64,000 bases of DNA from contig JAZQKV010000049.1 of NCBI GenBank assembly GCA_045542335.1, positions 10 to 64,009 on the forward strand, given 5' to 3'. The notes beneath the pieces were generated by a model, which did no database searches, was not told the origin of the DNA, and saw only the letters and a list, made by a program, of their open reading frames with translations. Positions 19,462 through 31,279 of the stretch are shown here, in pieces. This stretch comes from Eubacteriales bacterium. Its GTDB lineage: Bacteria > Bacillota > Clostridia > Oscillospirales > CAG-382. Made by a program: the position numbers and the translations under genes. Every line of letters starts with the position of its first letter. Positions within the stretch are counted from its first letter, which is position 1.

Positions 19462-20694
19462 TTGGATATTAAGACTTTTTATAACAAGAACGAGTGGGGA
19501 ACGAAAAAGGAAAAGAGCAAGCGCAAAAGAATGTATGCGAATAGAAAAGGTGCAGATGGCAGAGCAAGTTATTCAAGAACAAATGCGGAAAAAGGTTTTT
19601 CAATGGCGGTTCTGATGTTTTTCGGAGCTGCAGTTATTGTATCTCCGTTTATCAAGCTTGTATGGGGTAAACCTGATTCTTTTTCTGCAGGTGTTTTTGC
19701 GGAAAGGGCTTGCCAAAATGGCGTTTATGTTGATGTTATGCCGGTTATTCCCATGAGGGCGGCAAATGTGTTGGCGCAGGTTTCGGGTTATGCAAAGGCG
19801 GCGATTGTTGTTGATGCAAGGACAGGGGAGGTGCTTTATGCAAGCAACGAAAATGAGCGTCTTCCCATGGCAAGCACAACAAAAATAATGACAGCTCTCG
19901 TTGCCGCAGATATGCTTGACCCCCGGACAGCGGTTAAAATAACACCTGAAGCGGCAGGTGTTGAGGGAAGCTCAATTTATCTTGAAGCCGGCGAAACTGT
20001 CAGCGCACAAACCCTTCTTTGCGGTTTGCTTCTTGAATCGGGAAACGATGCGGCAACGGCAATTGCCATTGCTTGTTGCGGTTCGCTTGAGGCTTTTGCG
20101 CAAAAAATGAATGATAAAGCGCAGAGCCTTGGCCTTTCTGATACTCATTTTACAAATCCCCATGGACTGCATGACGAAAACCATTATACAACTGCCCGTG
20201 AGCTTGCCGCTATTGCCTGCGCCGCATTGGAGAAAGATGAAATTGCCCGCATTGTTTCGTCGAAAAGCATTGTGTGTGGAGGAGAATTCTCGGAGGTTTC
20301 GGGTGAAAAGGTGCGCCATTTCACGAACCACAACAAATTGCTTTCGTTTTATGACGGAGCCTGTGGTATGAAAACAGGATTTACAAAGGTGGCAGGGAGG
20401 TGCCTTGTGAGCAGTGCTGAAAGGGATGGCACAATGCTTGTTGCGGTTACTTTGGGCTGCCCTGATGATTGGGATGTCCATATGCAGCTGCTTGACTTTG
20501 GCTTTGAAAATTTCAGGTCTGCGAGGCTCACGGAACCCGGCGGAATTGATCTTTCGCCTTTCGGAATAAATGTGAAAGCTGAAAGCATGGGAGAAAGGTT
20601 TGCGACAGTTGCAAAAGGTGAACAGCCGATTTTTGATTATCGGATAGATTATGCCGACGGAAAGGCTGAACTTTCTGTTGAAAAGAAACAGTAA
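19462..20694 (+). CDS. D-alanyl-D-alanine carboxypeptidase (serine-type, peptidase S11)
   Basis: SxxK (ASTTKIM), SxN (ESGNDAA) and KTG (GMKTGFT) motifs, with an N-terminal membrane anchor. The start is uncertain: TTG 19462 follows GGTGAGGA, and the alternative is ATG 19531. The track start 19294 overlaps the divergent ispD start region. Confidence 0.8.
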   Translation: MDIKTFYNKNEWGTKKEKSKRKRMYANRKGADGRASYSRTNAEKGFSMAVLMFFGAAVIVSPFIKLVWGKPDSFSAGVFAERACQNGVYVDVMPVIPMRAANVLAQVSGYAKAAIVVDARTGEVLYASNENERLPMASTTKIMTALVAADMLDPRTAVKITPEAAGVEGSSIYLEAGETVSAQTLLCGLLLESGNDAATAIAIACCGSLEAFAQKMNDKAQSLGLSDTHFTNPHGLHDENHYTTARELAAIACAALEKDEIARIVSSKSIVCGGEFSEVSGEKVRHFTNHNKLLSFYDGACGMKTGFTKVAGRCLVSSAERDGTMLVAVTLGCPDDWDVHMQLLDFGFENFRSARLTEPGGIDLSPFGINVKAESMGERFATVAKGEQPIFDYRIDYADGKAELSVEKKQ

Positions 20695-20888
20695 GGCGAG
20701 TTTTGCCTTTTTGCTTAAAATACAAAATAATGGGAAAAATTCATAAAAACTATGTTTACAATTAATAAATATCGGATATACTGTAACCGTAGTGTACAAT
20801 GTGGGTTTGTCACATTGTTTTTACACAGCCTTTCGGATATGACGACAGCTTTGAAAGGGAGTCTTTCCGAAGAAAGGACGGTTATTTT

Positions 20889-21248
20889 ATGAAAACAAAC
20901 AATTCGGGTGGAGTTGCGGAGGTTGTTCTTGGAATCGTCTCGGATATTTGCGAGGGTGCAAAGATTCTTGACAGCTATGTTATCCGCAAAAGGACACGGA
21001 TGGAATTGAGCCTTGAAAACAAAAATGAGCCTCAGAAGCCGATTTTGAGCATGGACAGAACATGGAAGTGTGACAAGTCTATTCTCCAGCTTCTTGTTAT
21101 GATGCTTGGTTTTGCGGCGGCGGTGGGCGCATTTGTGTGCATGGCGAAAATTCGCAAAAATGAAAAGAAAAAGATGAAAGCCAAGATTAAAAAGGTCAAG
21201 GCAGAAAAGAACCGTGAGATTAAAAAGTTAAGACAGCAGAATAGTTAA
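20889..21248 (+). CDS. Hypothetical small membrane protein with a lysine-rich C-terminal tail
   Basis: The start was trimmed to MKTNNSGG. One TM segment (LLVMMLGFAAAVGAFVCMA) is followed by KIRKNEKKKMKAKIKKVKAEKNREIKKLRQQ. No family was recognised. Confidence 0.45.
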   Translation: MKTNNSGGVAEVVLGIVSDICEGAKILDSYVIRKRTRMELSLENKNEPQKPILSMDRTWKCDKSILQLLVMMLGFAAAVGAFVCMAKIRKNEKKKMKAKIKKVKAEKNREIKKLRQQNS

Positions 21249-21286
21249 GCAGTATTTTTATCAAGCTTGAAAGGAAGGTATTTGTT

Positions 21287-21517
21287 ATGCCGCATATCAG
21301 CGTAAAAATGATTGAGGGAAGAAGTGAGGAGCAGAAAAAACAGCTTGCCGCTGCCCTTGAAGAAGCACTTACAAAGACTCTTGGGTGCGGTTCACATTGG
21401 GTGAGCATCTCAATCGAGGACTATAACGGAAAAGAATGGCAGGATGTTTTTAAAAACGACATAGAGGGTTCAAAGCTTTATAAAAAGCCTGAATATGACC
21501 CCAAAATACTGCTTTGA
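21287..21517 (+). CDS. 4-oxalocrotonate tautomerase family protein
   Basis: MPHISVKMIEGRSEEQKKQL has the catalytic Pro1 and matches the family signature. 76 aa. The SD GAAAGGAAGG lies upstream. Confidence 0.8.
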   Translation: MPHISVKMIEGRSEEQKKQLAAALEEALTKTLGCGSHWVSISIEDYNGKEWQDVFKNDIEGSKLYKKPEYDPKILL

Positions 21518-21578
21518 AAGCAGAAACGGCTTGTTTAAAAGCATTTGAAATTATAAAAACGAATTCAACGGAGGTTAA

Positions 21579-24689
<3,111 letters not shown>

Positions 24690-24783
24690 CACAAATATCT
24701 TGAGATAACCTGAATAAATGCAGAATACTGCCTCATTTTGGCAGAATAATGCATTGAACAAGGCACTTTATGATGTTATAATA

Positions 24784-24816
24784 CGGACGGTGCTGATTCT
24801 GCACCGCCCGTTTTTT
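24784..24816 (+). terminator. Intrinsic terminator downstream of the GH2 gene
   Basis: CGGACGGTGC (24784-24793) pairs with GCACCGCCCG (24801-24810) with one mismatch, followed by TTTTTT (24811-24816). Confidence 0.7.
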
Positions 24817-24836
24817 GAAAAGGAAGGGCGAAAAAC

Positions 24837-26306
24837 ATGAAATTCAAACTTAGTGAAAATGCAGTAACTGCAAAACAGTATATTGAGGAGCTCAAAGCAG
24901 TTTGCGGAAAGATTTCCGACGAGGCTGTGAGAGAAGCTATTGAGGAGATTTCCGCAAAGAGAATTGCAGAAATCAGAGCAACCGAAACAAAGGTTGAGGT
25001 AAAGGGAACAAAATATTATGTTTCTCTTGACGGAAACGACGAGGCAGACGGAAAGAGCGAAAATACTGCTTGGAAAACCCTAGACAAGGCAAGCAAAGCA
25101 GAGCTTGAGCCGGGTGACGGTGTGTTTTTCAGACGAGGCGATTTCTTCCGCGGCTACCTTGAAACAAAGACCGGTGTTACATATTCTGCCTACGGAGAGG
25201 GTGCAAAGCCTGTCATCTGCGGATGGTTCAAAAACAGCGCCGACCCCGATCTTTGGGAGGAAACAGATGTCAAGGGTGTGTGGGCGTATAAAGAGCCATG
25301 CGAAAAGGACATCGGAAACGTTGTTTTTGACGACAAGCTTCAGATAAGAAAGATTCTCCTGCTTGAACAGCCTGAGGGCGTTTTCTCCGACGTGAGAACA
25401 AAAGCTCCTTTCAAGGACTATCATGATATTGTTGAAAATCACACCTTCTACCATGATTACATGGGAACAGGCACGCTCTATCTGCGTTGCGACGAGGGCA
25501 ACCCCGGTGAGATTTACAGCGAAATAGAGATGTCCAAAAAGCAGCATTGCATCGGCAACGGCGGAAACAAAAACGTCACCATAGATAACCTCTGCATTAA
25601 GCACGCCGGCTCTCATGGTATCGGTGCCGGAAACTGCGAGGGACTTACTGTTCAGAACTGCGAGTTCGGCTGGATAGGCGGTTCAATTCAGGGCGAGAGA
25701 ATTTTCGGAAGAAATTGGCCTACTCCTTACGGAAACGCCATCGAGATATATGGTCAGGCGGTAAATTATACCGTCGATAACTGCTATATCTGGCAGGCGT
25801 ATGATGCAGGCATCACGCATCAGTCGGGTGCAAAATGCGGCAATATCGGAGACAAGAACATCCATTATACAAACAACGTTATTGAGGATTGTGTTTATGC
25901 CATAGAGATTTTTGTTGGCGATGACGGAACGGCAACCGTGTTCAATGACGATGTTTATATCGAAAACAATATCCTTCGCCGTGGCGGCGGTTTTGGTCAC
26001 GATCAGCGACCCGACCAGGGTGTTACTGCCCTTATCCGTAATGGTAGAATCACCGAAAATACGCACAATTACATCGTGAAAAACAACATCCTTGACAGAA
26101 GCCGCACACGCATTATTACTGCAGGAAACGACGGTGCAAGCAAGGCACAATATTTCGACAATATCTATGTGCAGAACAAGAATGGTGCATACTGCAACCG
26201 CTTCGGAAACTCATATATTGCCAACGAGCATCTTATGCCACAGCTTGAAGCAACCGGAACTGAAACTAATCCTTACCTTATTCTCGCTGACGAGCTTGGC
26301 TTTTGA
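24837..26306 (+). CDS. Right-handed parallel beta-helix repeat protein (putative intracellular glycan-active enzyme)
   Basis: 489 aa with no signal peptide. PbH1-like repeats are present, for example NVTIDNLCIKHAGSHGIGAGNCEGLTVQNCEFGWIGGS and NIHYTNNVIEDCVYAIEI. Confidence 0.7.
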   Translation: MKFKLSENAVTAKQYIEELKAVCGKISDEAVREAIEEISAKRIAEIRATETKVEVKGTKYYVSLDGNDEADGKSENTAWKTLDKASKAELEPGDGVFFRRGDFFRGYLETKTGVTYSAYGEGAKPVICGWFKNSADPDLWEETDVKGVWAYKEPCEKDIGNVVFDDKLQIRKILLLEQPEGVFSDVRTKAPFKDYHDIVENHTFYHDYMGTGTLYLRCDEGNPGEIYSEIEMSKKQHCIGNGGNKNVTIDNLCIKHAGSHGIGAGNCEGLTVQNCEFGWIGGSIQGERIFGRNWPTPYGNAIEIYGQAVNYTVDNCYIWQAYDAGITHQSGAKCGNIGDKNIHYTNNVIEDCVYAIEIFVGDDGTATVFNDDVYIENNILRRGGGFGHDQRPDQGVTALIRNGRITENTHNYIVKNNILDRSRTRIITAGNDGASKAQYFDNIYVQNKNGAYCNRFGNSYIANEHLMPQLEATGTETNPYLILADELGF

Positions 26307-26337
26307 TAGTTGACTTTGAAATTTTGGAGGAAACGCC

Positions 26338-27360
26338 ATGAACAAAAGACTGAAAACAATACAAATCGGGGTTGAGCATGACCATGGTGGAGTGACCATG
26401 GCAAGCGCAAAAAAGCTCACCGAGGACTTTGAAATCGTCGCCTACGCCGACCCTCACCCCGAAGATATAGTGAGATCAAACGGTGACAGACGTTTCATTG
26501 GTGACACACCTGTCCTCACCGTTGAGCAGGCTCTCAACATTGAGGGGCTTGACTGCGTTATCGTTGAAACTCACGATACAAAGCTTGCAAAATATGGTCA
26601 GATGGTAGCGGATTTGGGTCTTCCAATGCACGTTGACAAGCCTTGCGGAACGGATTATGCATCTGTTGCAAAGCTTATAGACACCTGCAAGGAAAAGAAC
26701 ATTGTATTTCAGTCGGGGTATATGTACCGTTTCAATCCTGCGGTAAAATACGCTCTTGACGAGGCAAAGAAAGGCGTGCTCGGCGAGATTTTCAGCGTGG
26801 AAGCGCACATGGATTGCGAGCACAAACCCGAAAAGCGTGAGTGGTTAAACAGCGTTCCCGGCGGTATGATGATGTTTTTGGGATGCCACCTTGTTGACCT
26901 TATACTGCAGTTTGCGGGAAAACCCGACAGCATTGAGTGCAAGAGCTGCAAAACAGGTCTTGAAGGTGTAGATTCACTCGATTACGGCATGGCACTCTTT
27001 AACTATAAAAATGGTGTTTCGTTTGCAAAAACCTGCGCCCGTGAGGTGGACGGATTTTCACGCCGTCAGCTTGTTGTGTGCGGAAGCGAGGCGACAATTG
27101 AAATAAAGCCTTTGGAAGCATATTTCCCGGATACAGGACTTATGTACACCGAGGCGACAATAGTCACGCACAAGGATACAGAACATAAGTGGAACGGTAA
27201 TCATAAACATGATTTGCGCTTCGGACCGTATGACAGATACGATGCCATGATGCACGAGTTTGCACAAATGGTAAGAGGTGAAATCGAGAATCCTTACACT
27301 TATGACTACGAAAAAACTCTTTATGAGTGTGTCATAAAGGCTTGTGGACTTCCCATGTGA
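26338..27360 (+). CDS. Gfo/Idh/MocA family oxidoreductase
   Basis: 340 aa with the N-terminal Rossmann and C-terminal alpha/beta layout of the family. The SD GGAGGAA lies upstream, and the gene is 31 nt after the beta-helix gene. Confidence 0.7.
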   Translation: MNKRLKTIQIGVEHDHGGVTMASAKKLTEDFEIVAYADPHPEDIVRSNGDRRFIGDTPVLTVEQALNIEGLDCVIVETHDTKLAKYGQMVADLGLPMHVDKPCGTDYASVAKLIDTCKEKNIVFQSGYMYRFNPAVKYALDEAKKGVLGEIFSVEAHMDCEHKPEKREWLNSVPGGMMMFLGCHLVDLILQFAGKPDSIECKSCKTGLEGVDSLDYGMALFNYKNGVSFAKTCAREVDGFSRRQLVVCGSEATIEIKPLEAYFPDTGLMYTEATIVTHKDTEHKWNGNHKHDLRFGPYDRYDAMMHEFAQMVRGEIENPYTYDYEKTLYECVIKACGLPM

Positions 27361-27380
27361 CAAGAATAAATGCAAAAAAT

Positions 27381-27436
27381 AAGGTCTGTATCGGGAGCAA
27401 CTGAAATGCTTACCGGTACAGACCTTTATCTTTTTC
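27381..27436. terminator. Bidirectional terminator between convergent genes
   Basis: AAGGTCTGTATCGG (from 27381) pairs with ACCGGTACAGACCTT (to 27425), followed by TATCTTTTT. Confidence 0.7.
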
Positions 27437-27440
27437 GCTT

Positions 27441-27893
27441 TTAAAGCATGGCGAGAATCTCGGCGGCGTTTGTGTCGGGCTTCACCTTTGGCATGACCGT
27501 TTCAATAAAGCCGTTTTCGTCAATGATGAATGTGGTGCGGACAACTCCGAAGCTGACCTTGCCATAGAGCTTTTTCTCCTGCCAGACATCATATGCTTTT
27601 ATGGCGGAGAGTTCAGGGTCGGAAAGAAGAACAAATGGCAGATTATGTTTTTCAGCAAATTTTACATGGGAGGCAACGCTGTCTTTGCTTATGCCGATAA
27701 CTTCTACGTTTTTCTCTTGAAATTCCTTATAAGCACCTGCGAAGGCACAAGCCTGACGGGTGCATCCGGGAGTGTTGTCCTTGGGGTAAAAATAAAGGAC
27801 GACTTTTTTACCGTGAAAATCGGAAAGCGAAACGCTTTTTCCATCTTTGTCAAGCAGGGTGAAATCGGGAGCTTTTATTCCTTGAGTGAGCAT
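27441..27893 (-). CDS. bcp: Thioredoxin-dependent thiol peroxidase (peroxiredoxin Bcp)
   Basis: 150 aa. FYPKDNTPGCTRQAC contains the peroxidatic Cys motif. Confidence 0.9.
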   Translation of the reverse strand: MLTQGIKAPDFTLLDKDGKSVSLSDFHGKKVVLYFYPKDNTPGCTRQACAFAGAYKEFQEKNVEVIGISKDSVASHVKFAEKHNLPFVLLSDPELSAIKAYDVWQEKKLYGKVSFGVVRTTFIIDENGFIETVMPKVKPDTNAAEILAML

Positions 27894-27958
27894 AGTTTTC
27901 TCCTTTACAAATGGTCTAATTTATTAACGCAAATTGTGCGTGGCATATACGTTGAAAA

Positions 27959-28474
27959 TTACAACAAGAATGAGGGGATGGCTTTTGTCTGAACAGTTTT
28001 TTCGCTTTTTTCCGGCTGTTCTTCGATGTGGACCTTTGATTCTTGGGTTTTAACTTTTGTTTTTGGGGAAGCTTTTCTTTTTCCGGCGGGCTTGCTTACA
28101 GAATCAGCAGGAATTGCGCCGTAAATGTTTTTTGCAGTGGTAACTTCGGCTTTTTTCAATGTGCTTTCGCCGGGATTTTTCCATGCTTTGATTAGCGCAT
28201 CAAAATCGTCGTCAAAGTACTTTTCGGTAATTGTTCTGACTTTGGAAAGCGCATACTCCTTTTTGCTTACAAGCGAAGTTACAACGCCATTTTCTGAGGA
28301 AATAACTCCCCTTGAAGCAAGACGTTTGATGACGGTGTAAACGGTGGATTTCTTCCAGCCGAGGCGCTCGGCACAGAGCTTGACAAGTGCACCGCCTGTT
28401 ACAGGCTCATATTCCCACACAATCAGGCAGAAGTTGCTTTCACTTTCAAAAATTTCGGGAATGTTTTTTACCAT
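27959..28474 (-). CDS. BlaI/MecI/CopY family transcriptional repressor with a K/E/T-rich C-terminal tail
   Basis: The start was trimmed to MVKNIPEIFESE (SD GGAGG upstream). The winged-helix region WKKSTVYTVIKRLASRGVISSE...SLVSKKEY is typical of BlaI. There are about 70 extra low-complexity residues at the C-terminus. Confidence 0.7.
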   Translation of the reverse strand: MVKNIPEIFESESNFCLIVWEYEPVTGGALVKLCAERLGWKKSTVYTVIKRLASRGVISSENGVVTSLVSKKEYALSKVRTITEKYFDDDFDALIKAWKNPGESTLKKAEVTTAKNIYGAIPADSVSKPAGKRKASPKTKVKTQESKVHIEEQPEKSEKTVQTKAIPSFLL

Positions 28475-28584
28475 AGTTGTGTCCTCCGAGTTTATCTCAT
28501 TAGTCCATGTTTGTATTATACACTTAATTTTCTGCTTTGTCAAGAGGTTTGGCAAATTTTGCGGTTTGCGGAAAACATTGTTGG

Positions 28585-28613
28585 TTGACACAGCCCATGG
28601 AAAAGTGTATAAT
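28585..28613 (+). promoter_or_regulatory. Consensus sigma-A promoter for the SleB-like gene
   Basis: TTGACA (28585-28590), a 17-nt spacer, then TATAAT (28608-28613). Confidence 0.75.
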
Positions 28614-28668
28614 ATATTCACACTCAAGAAAAATCACCGAGTCCGGGAAAACAAAAGGAGGAATTGAA

Positions 28669-29550
28669 ATGATACCCGTTTTAGTCAAGCTTTTGAAATG
28701 CACGTTGTGTGCTACTATGGCGGCGGCTTTTGCATATCAGGGAATGTTTTCGTATGCAAAAGCGGTTGATTCAGGGCAAGAGGTTGAACGCAGTGTCTGC
28801 GTATCTTCGCCGATATTTTCATGCTCAGATGGCGTTATCATTGATGGCACAACATTTTTGCCATTGAGAAAGGCGATGCAATTGATTTGCGAAAATTATT
28901 CGGTCGAATGGAATAATACGGACAAGACGGCGGTGGTGATTTGGAATGACGGCGAGGGCGGAGATAAAAATATGCTGAGAATTTCCGCAGGAAAGGATTA
29001 TTTTGTAGTTGGTGAACGGTATGTTCCCCTCGGAAAAACATCGTTTATTAAGGACAACTCTCTTTATGTCCCTTTGAGAAAATTCGCTGCTGCGCTTGGG
29101 GGAAACATTATCTGGGATGCGGAAGCTTTCACGGCGCAGATTGTGCTTTCGGATGAGGATTTAATTGGAGATGCATATAATTCAGAAGACCTATATTGGC
29201 TTTCACGCATAATTTCCGCAGAGAGCAGGGGAGAACCGTTTGAGGGGCAAGTGGCTGTTGGAAATGTGATTCTCGCCCGTGTTCGCTCGGAGGATTTTCC
29301 GGATAACATTCATGACGTGATTTTTGATGCTGTGCCTGTTATTCAGTTTACACCTGTGGAGAACAAGACGGTTTTTGACGAGCCACAGGAATCCTGCATT
29401 GCGGCGGCAAAGCTTTGTCTTGAGGGATATGAGCTTGAAAGCGTGAGGGATTGTCTTTATTTTCAGAATCCGGATACAACTCGTTCAAGCTGGGTTGCAG
29501 AAAACAGGGAGCTTGCAGTAAAAATCGGTGCGCACGCCTTTTATTATTAA
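28669..29550 (+). CDS. Cell wall hydrolase, SleB/CwlJ family, with an N-terminal copper-amine-oxidase-like (stalk) domain
   Basis: The start was trimmed to MIPVLVKLL (SD AGGAGG upstream), and a signal peptide is present. C-terminal [45 protein letters not shown]...QFTPV is the Hydrolase_2 (SleB) signature. Confidence 0.8.
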   Translation: MIPVLVKLLKCTLCATMAAAFAYQGMFSYAKAVDSGQEVERSVCVSSPIFSCSDGVIIDGTTFLPLRKAMQLICENYSVEWNNTDKTAVVIWNDGEGGDKNMLRISAGKDYFVVGERYVPLGKTSFIKDNSLYVPLRKFAAALGGNIIWDAEAFTAQIVLSDEDLIGDAYNSEDLYWLSRIISAESRGEPFEGQVAVGNVILARVRSEDFPDNIHDVIFDAVPVIQFTPVENKTVFDEPQESCIAAAKLCLEGYELESVRDCLYFQNPDTTRSSWVAENRELAVKIGAHAFYY

Positions 29551-29612
29551 GCTACAGCAAAAATGAAAGTAGGAAGGCTTTTTGCGGAATTTGTAAACTT
29601 TTTACTTTTCCC

Positions 29613-29641
29613 TTGACAAATGCAAAAGTTGATGATATAAT
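29613..29641 (+). promoter_or_regulatory. Consensus sigma-A promoter for rplS
   Basis: TTGACA (29613-29618), a 17-nt spacer, then TATAAT (29636-29641). Confidence 0.8.
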
Positions 29642-29647
29642 ACTCAT

Positions 29648-29741
29648 GTTATTGTGCCGATATGGCGGTGCAATGAAGAAATATATGGATATTCCTCTGC
29701 AGCTGCTGCATGAATGTCCGAAAATTAAGGAGGAAAAGCAC
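29648..29741 (+). promoter_or_regulatory. Structured ~95-nt 5' leader of rplS (candidate ribosomal-protein L19 autoregulatory leader)
   Basis: The leader lies between the promoter and the SD AAGGAGG. It contains the hairpin TTGTGCCG-ATATGG-CGGTGCAA and the hairpin TGCAG-CTG-CTGCA. L19 leaders are known upstream of rplS in Firmicutes, but I could not check identity with that family. Confidence 0.3.
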
Positions 29742-30086
29742 ATGAACAACATTGTTAATGCTTTTGCAAGTGAGCAGCTCAAAACAGAGGTTCCCGCATT
29801 CAACGTTGGTGATACCGTTAAGGTTCACAACAGAATCAAGGAAGGCCAGAGAGAAAGAATTCAGCTTTTCGAAGGAACCGTAATCGCTAAGAAGAACGGC
29901 GGTATTTCCGAAACCTTCACAGTAAGACGTGTGGCATATGGCTGCGGCGTTGAAAAGACATTCCCTCTTCACTCCCCCAACGTAGTTAAGGTTGAGGTTG
30001 TAAGACGTGGTATCGTTAGAAGATCCAAGCTCTTCTATCTCAGAGACCGTGTTGGTAAGAGCGCAAAGGTTAAGGAAAAGATCTAA
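29742..30086 (+). CDS. rplS: 50S ribosomal protein L19
   Basis: The start was trimmed to [44 protein letters not shown]. 114 aa, a classic L19 sequence. Confidence 0.95.
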   Translation: MNNIVNAFASEQLKTEVPAFNVGDTVKVHNRIKEGQRERIQLFEGTVIAKKNGGISETFTVRRVAYGCGVEKTFPLHSPNVVKVEVVRRGIVRRSKLFYLRDRVGKSAKVKEKI

Positions 30087-30108
30087 TCAGTTTGCGATTA
30101 AACGAATT

Positions 30109-30137
30109 AGCCGGTACCGAAAGGTATCGGCTTTTTT
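30109..30137 (+). terminator. Intrinsic terminator after rplS
   Basis: AGCCGGTACC (30109-30118) pairs with GGTATCGGCT (30123-30132) across a GAAA loop, followed by TTTTT. Confidence 0.85.
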
Positions 30138-30536
30138 CGTTGCATTGATATTCGCTAATACAGGGTATAATCATACTAAAGGGCGGTGATATATGTATGA
30201 CATCTATGTATTGAGATACGGTTATGAGGAGTGTGCATGCGATAAAAGCCCTGTGCGGCTTCGGTTGGGTATGAGGATGTTCTCTTCAGTTTCAAAGTTT
30301 TTTAAAAAGCATACAGGGGATTCATCATCGGAATTAAAAGCGAAAGTGTCTTGAATGTGAGCTTTATCCACTTGTGTGAGCGTTGAAGTCGGAAAGAAAA
30401 AGGTTTAAAGTCAATAAGACGGACTTTGAGATTTATGAAAAAAGTGTCATTGGACACATGATGTTCACAAAACGCCGAATCAAATGATTTTTCTTTTAAA
30501 AAACCAAAAAAATCGCAATTTTTTTTGAAAAACCCC

Positions 30537-30565
30537 TTGACAAATTGCAATCTTTCTGCTATAAT
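30537..30565 (+). promoter_or_regulatory. Consensus sigma-A promoter for tRNA-Leu, preceded by A/T tracts (UP-element-like)
   Basis: TTGACA (30537-30542), a 17-nt spacer, then TATAAT (30560-30565). Upstream at 30487-30530 are runs of A and T: TTTTTCTTTTAAAAAACCAAAAAAATCGCAATTTTTTTT. Confidence 0.8.
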
Positions 30566-30606
30566 ATAACACGTTGCAGGGAACGAGAGTTTCCTCGGCG
30601 CGATAT

Positions 30607-30691
30607 GCGGCTGTGGCGGAACTGGCAGACGCGCACGTTTGAGGGGCGTGTGGATCACTCCGTATGGGTTCAAGTCCCATCAGCCGCACCA
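30607..30691 (+). tRNA. tRNA-Leu (anticodon GAG), type II with a long variable arm and an encoded CCA
   Basis: Folded by hand. Acceptor stem GCGGCTG/CAGCCGC. Three-bp D stem with a GG loop. Anticodon stem CACGT/GCGTG with the loop TT-GAG-GG. Variable arm of 13 nt (GGA/TCC stem). T arm ATGGG-TTCAAGT-CCCAT. Discriminator A followed by CCA. Confidence 0.95.
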
Positions 30692-30692
30692 A

Positions 30693-30722
30693 AAAGGACA
30701 GATGTTGAATCTGTCCTTTTTC
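30693..30722 (+). terminator. Intrinsic terminator after tRNA-Leu
   Basis: GGACAGAT (30696-30703) pairs with ATCTGTCC (30709-30716), followed by TTTTTCTTTT. Confidence 0.85.
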
Positions 30723-30848
30723 TTTTGCCCGAAAGCCTGAAATGCGCAAAAATGCAAATATAAGCCGTCGTTTTTAGCGTTAATGCTTTGTGAAAGTAGT
30801 AATCAGTTGTGCGAACATGACAAAAAATGTAACAATTTTTTGTATATC

Positions 30849-30877
30849 TTGACAAATCGGGAACGATATGGTATAAT
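30849..30877 (+). promoter_or_regulatory. Consensus sigma-A promoter for the HPr-like gene
   Basis: TTGACA (30849-30854), a 17-nt spacer with a TG extension (30869-30870), then TATAAT (30872-30877). Confidence 0.8.
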
Positions 30878-30945
30878 GACAACGCAGACAAAAGAATTGC
30901 CTGCGAAAATATTTGAAAAATTGTCATAGAGAAAGGATGATATAC

Positions 30946-31176
30946 ATGACAACAATTACAATTAAGCTTTCCACCATCAACGACGTAAGAACATTTGTAA
31001 ACACAGTAACCGCATTTGATTGCGAAGCAGACCTCAAGTCAGGAAGATATGTGGTTGATGCCAAGTCCATCATGGGCATTTTCAGCCTTGATCTTGTATC
31101 TCCCATTGAAATGACTATTCACTCTGACGATTGCGAGAACCTCGTTAAAAAGCTTGATGCATTCATTGTTAAATAA
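30946..31176 (+). CDS. HPr-family (PTS phosphocarrier-like) small protein lacking the His15 phosphorylation site
   Basis: The start was trimmed to MTTITIKL. DLKSGRYVVDAKSIMGIFSLDLVSPIEMTIHSDD aligns with the HPr segment LEYNGK.VN.KSIMGVMSLG...ITI.A.G. There is no histidine in the first ~58 residues. Confidence 0.7.
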   Translation: MTTITIKLSTINDVRTFVNTVTAFDCEADLKSGRYVVDAKSIMGIFSLDLVSPIEMTIHSDDCENLVKKLDAFIVK

Positions 31177-31196
31177 TTTCCCCCAAAAAAGAGCAA

Positions 31197-31229
31197 GCGG
31201 AAGTGGATTTTGCCACTTCCGCTTTTTTT
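31197..31229 (+). terminator. Intrinsic terminator after the HPr-like gene
   Basis: GCGGAAGTGG (31197-31206) pairs with CCACTTCCGC (31213-31222), followed by TTTTTTT. Confidence 0.85.
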
Positions 31230-31279
31230 GTGTTACTTTGTTTTTGATTTACAAATAAGGTCTAAAACGTTAACGCAAA

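Noticed and set aside
30302-30763. Three ORF-track entries (30302-30673 minus, 30480-30749 minus, 30545-30763 plus) overlapping the tRNA-Leu locus.
   Set aside because: They overlap a hand-folded canonical tRNA together with its promoter and terminator. None has an SD or recognisable protein features.
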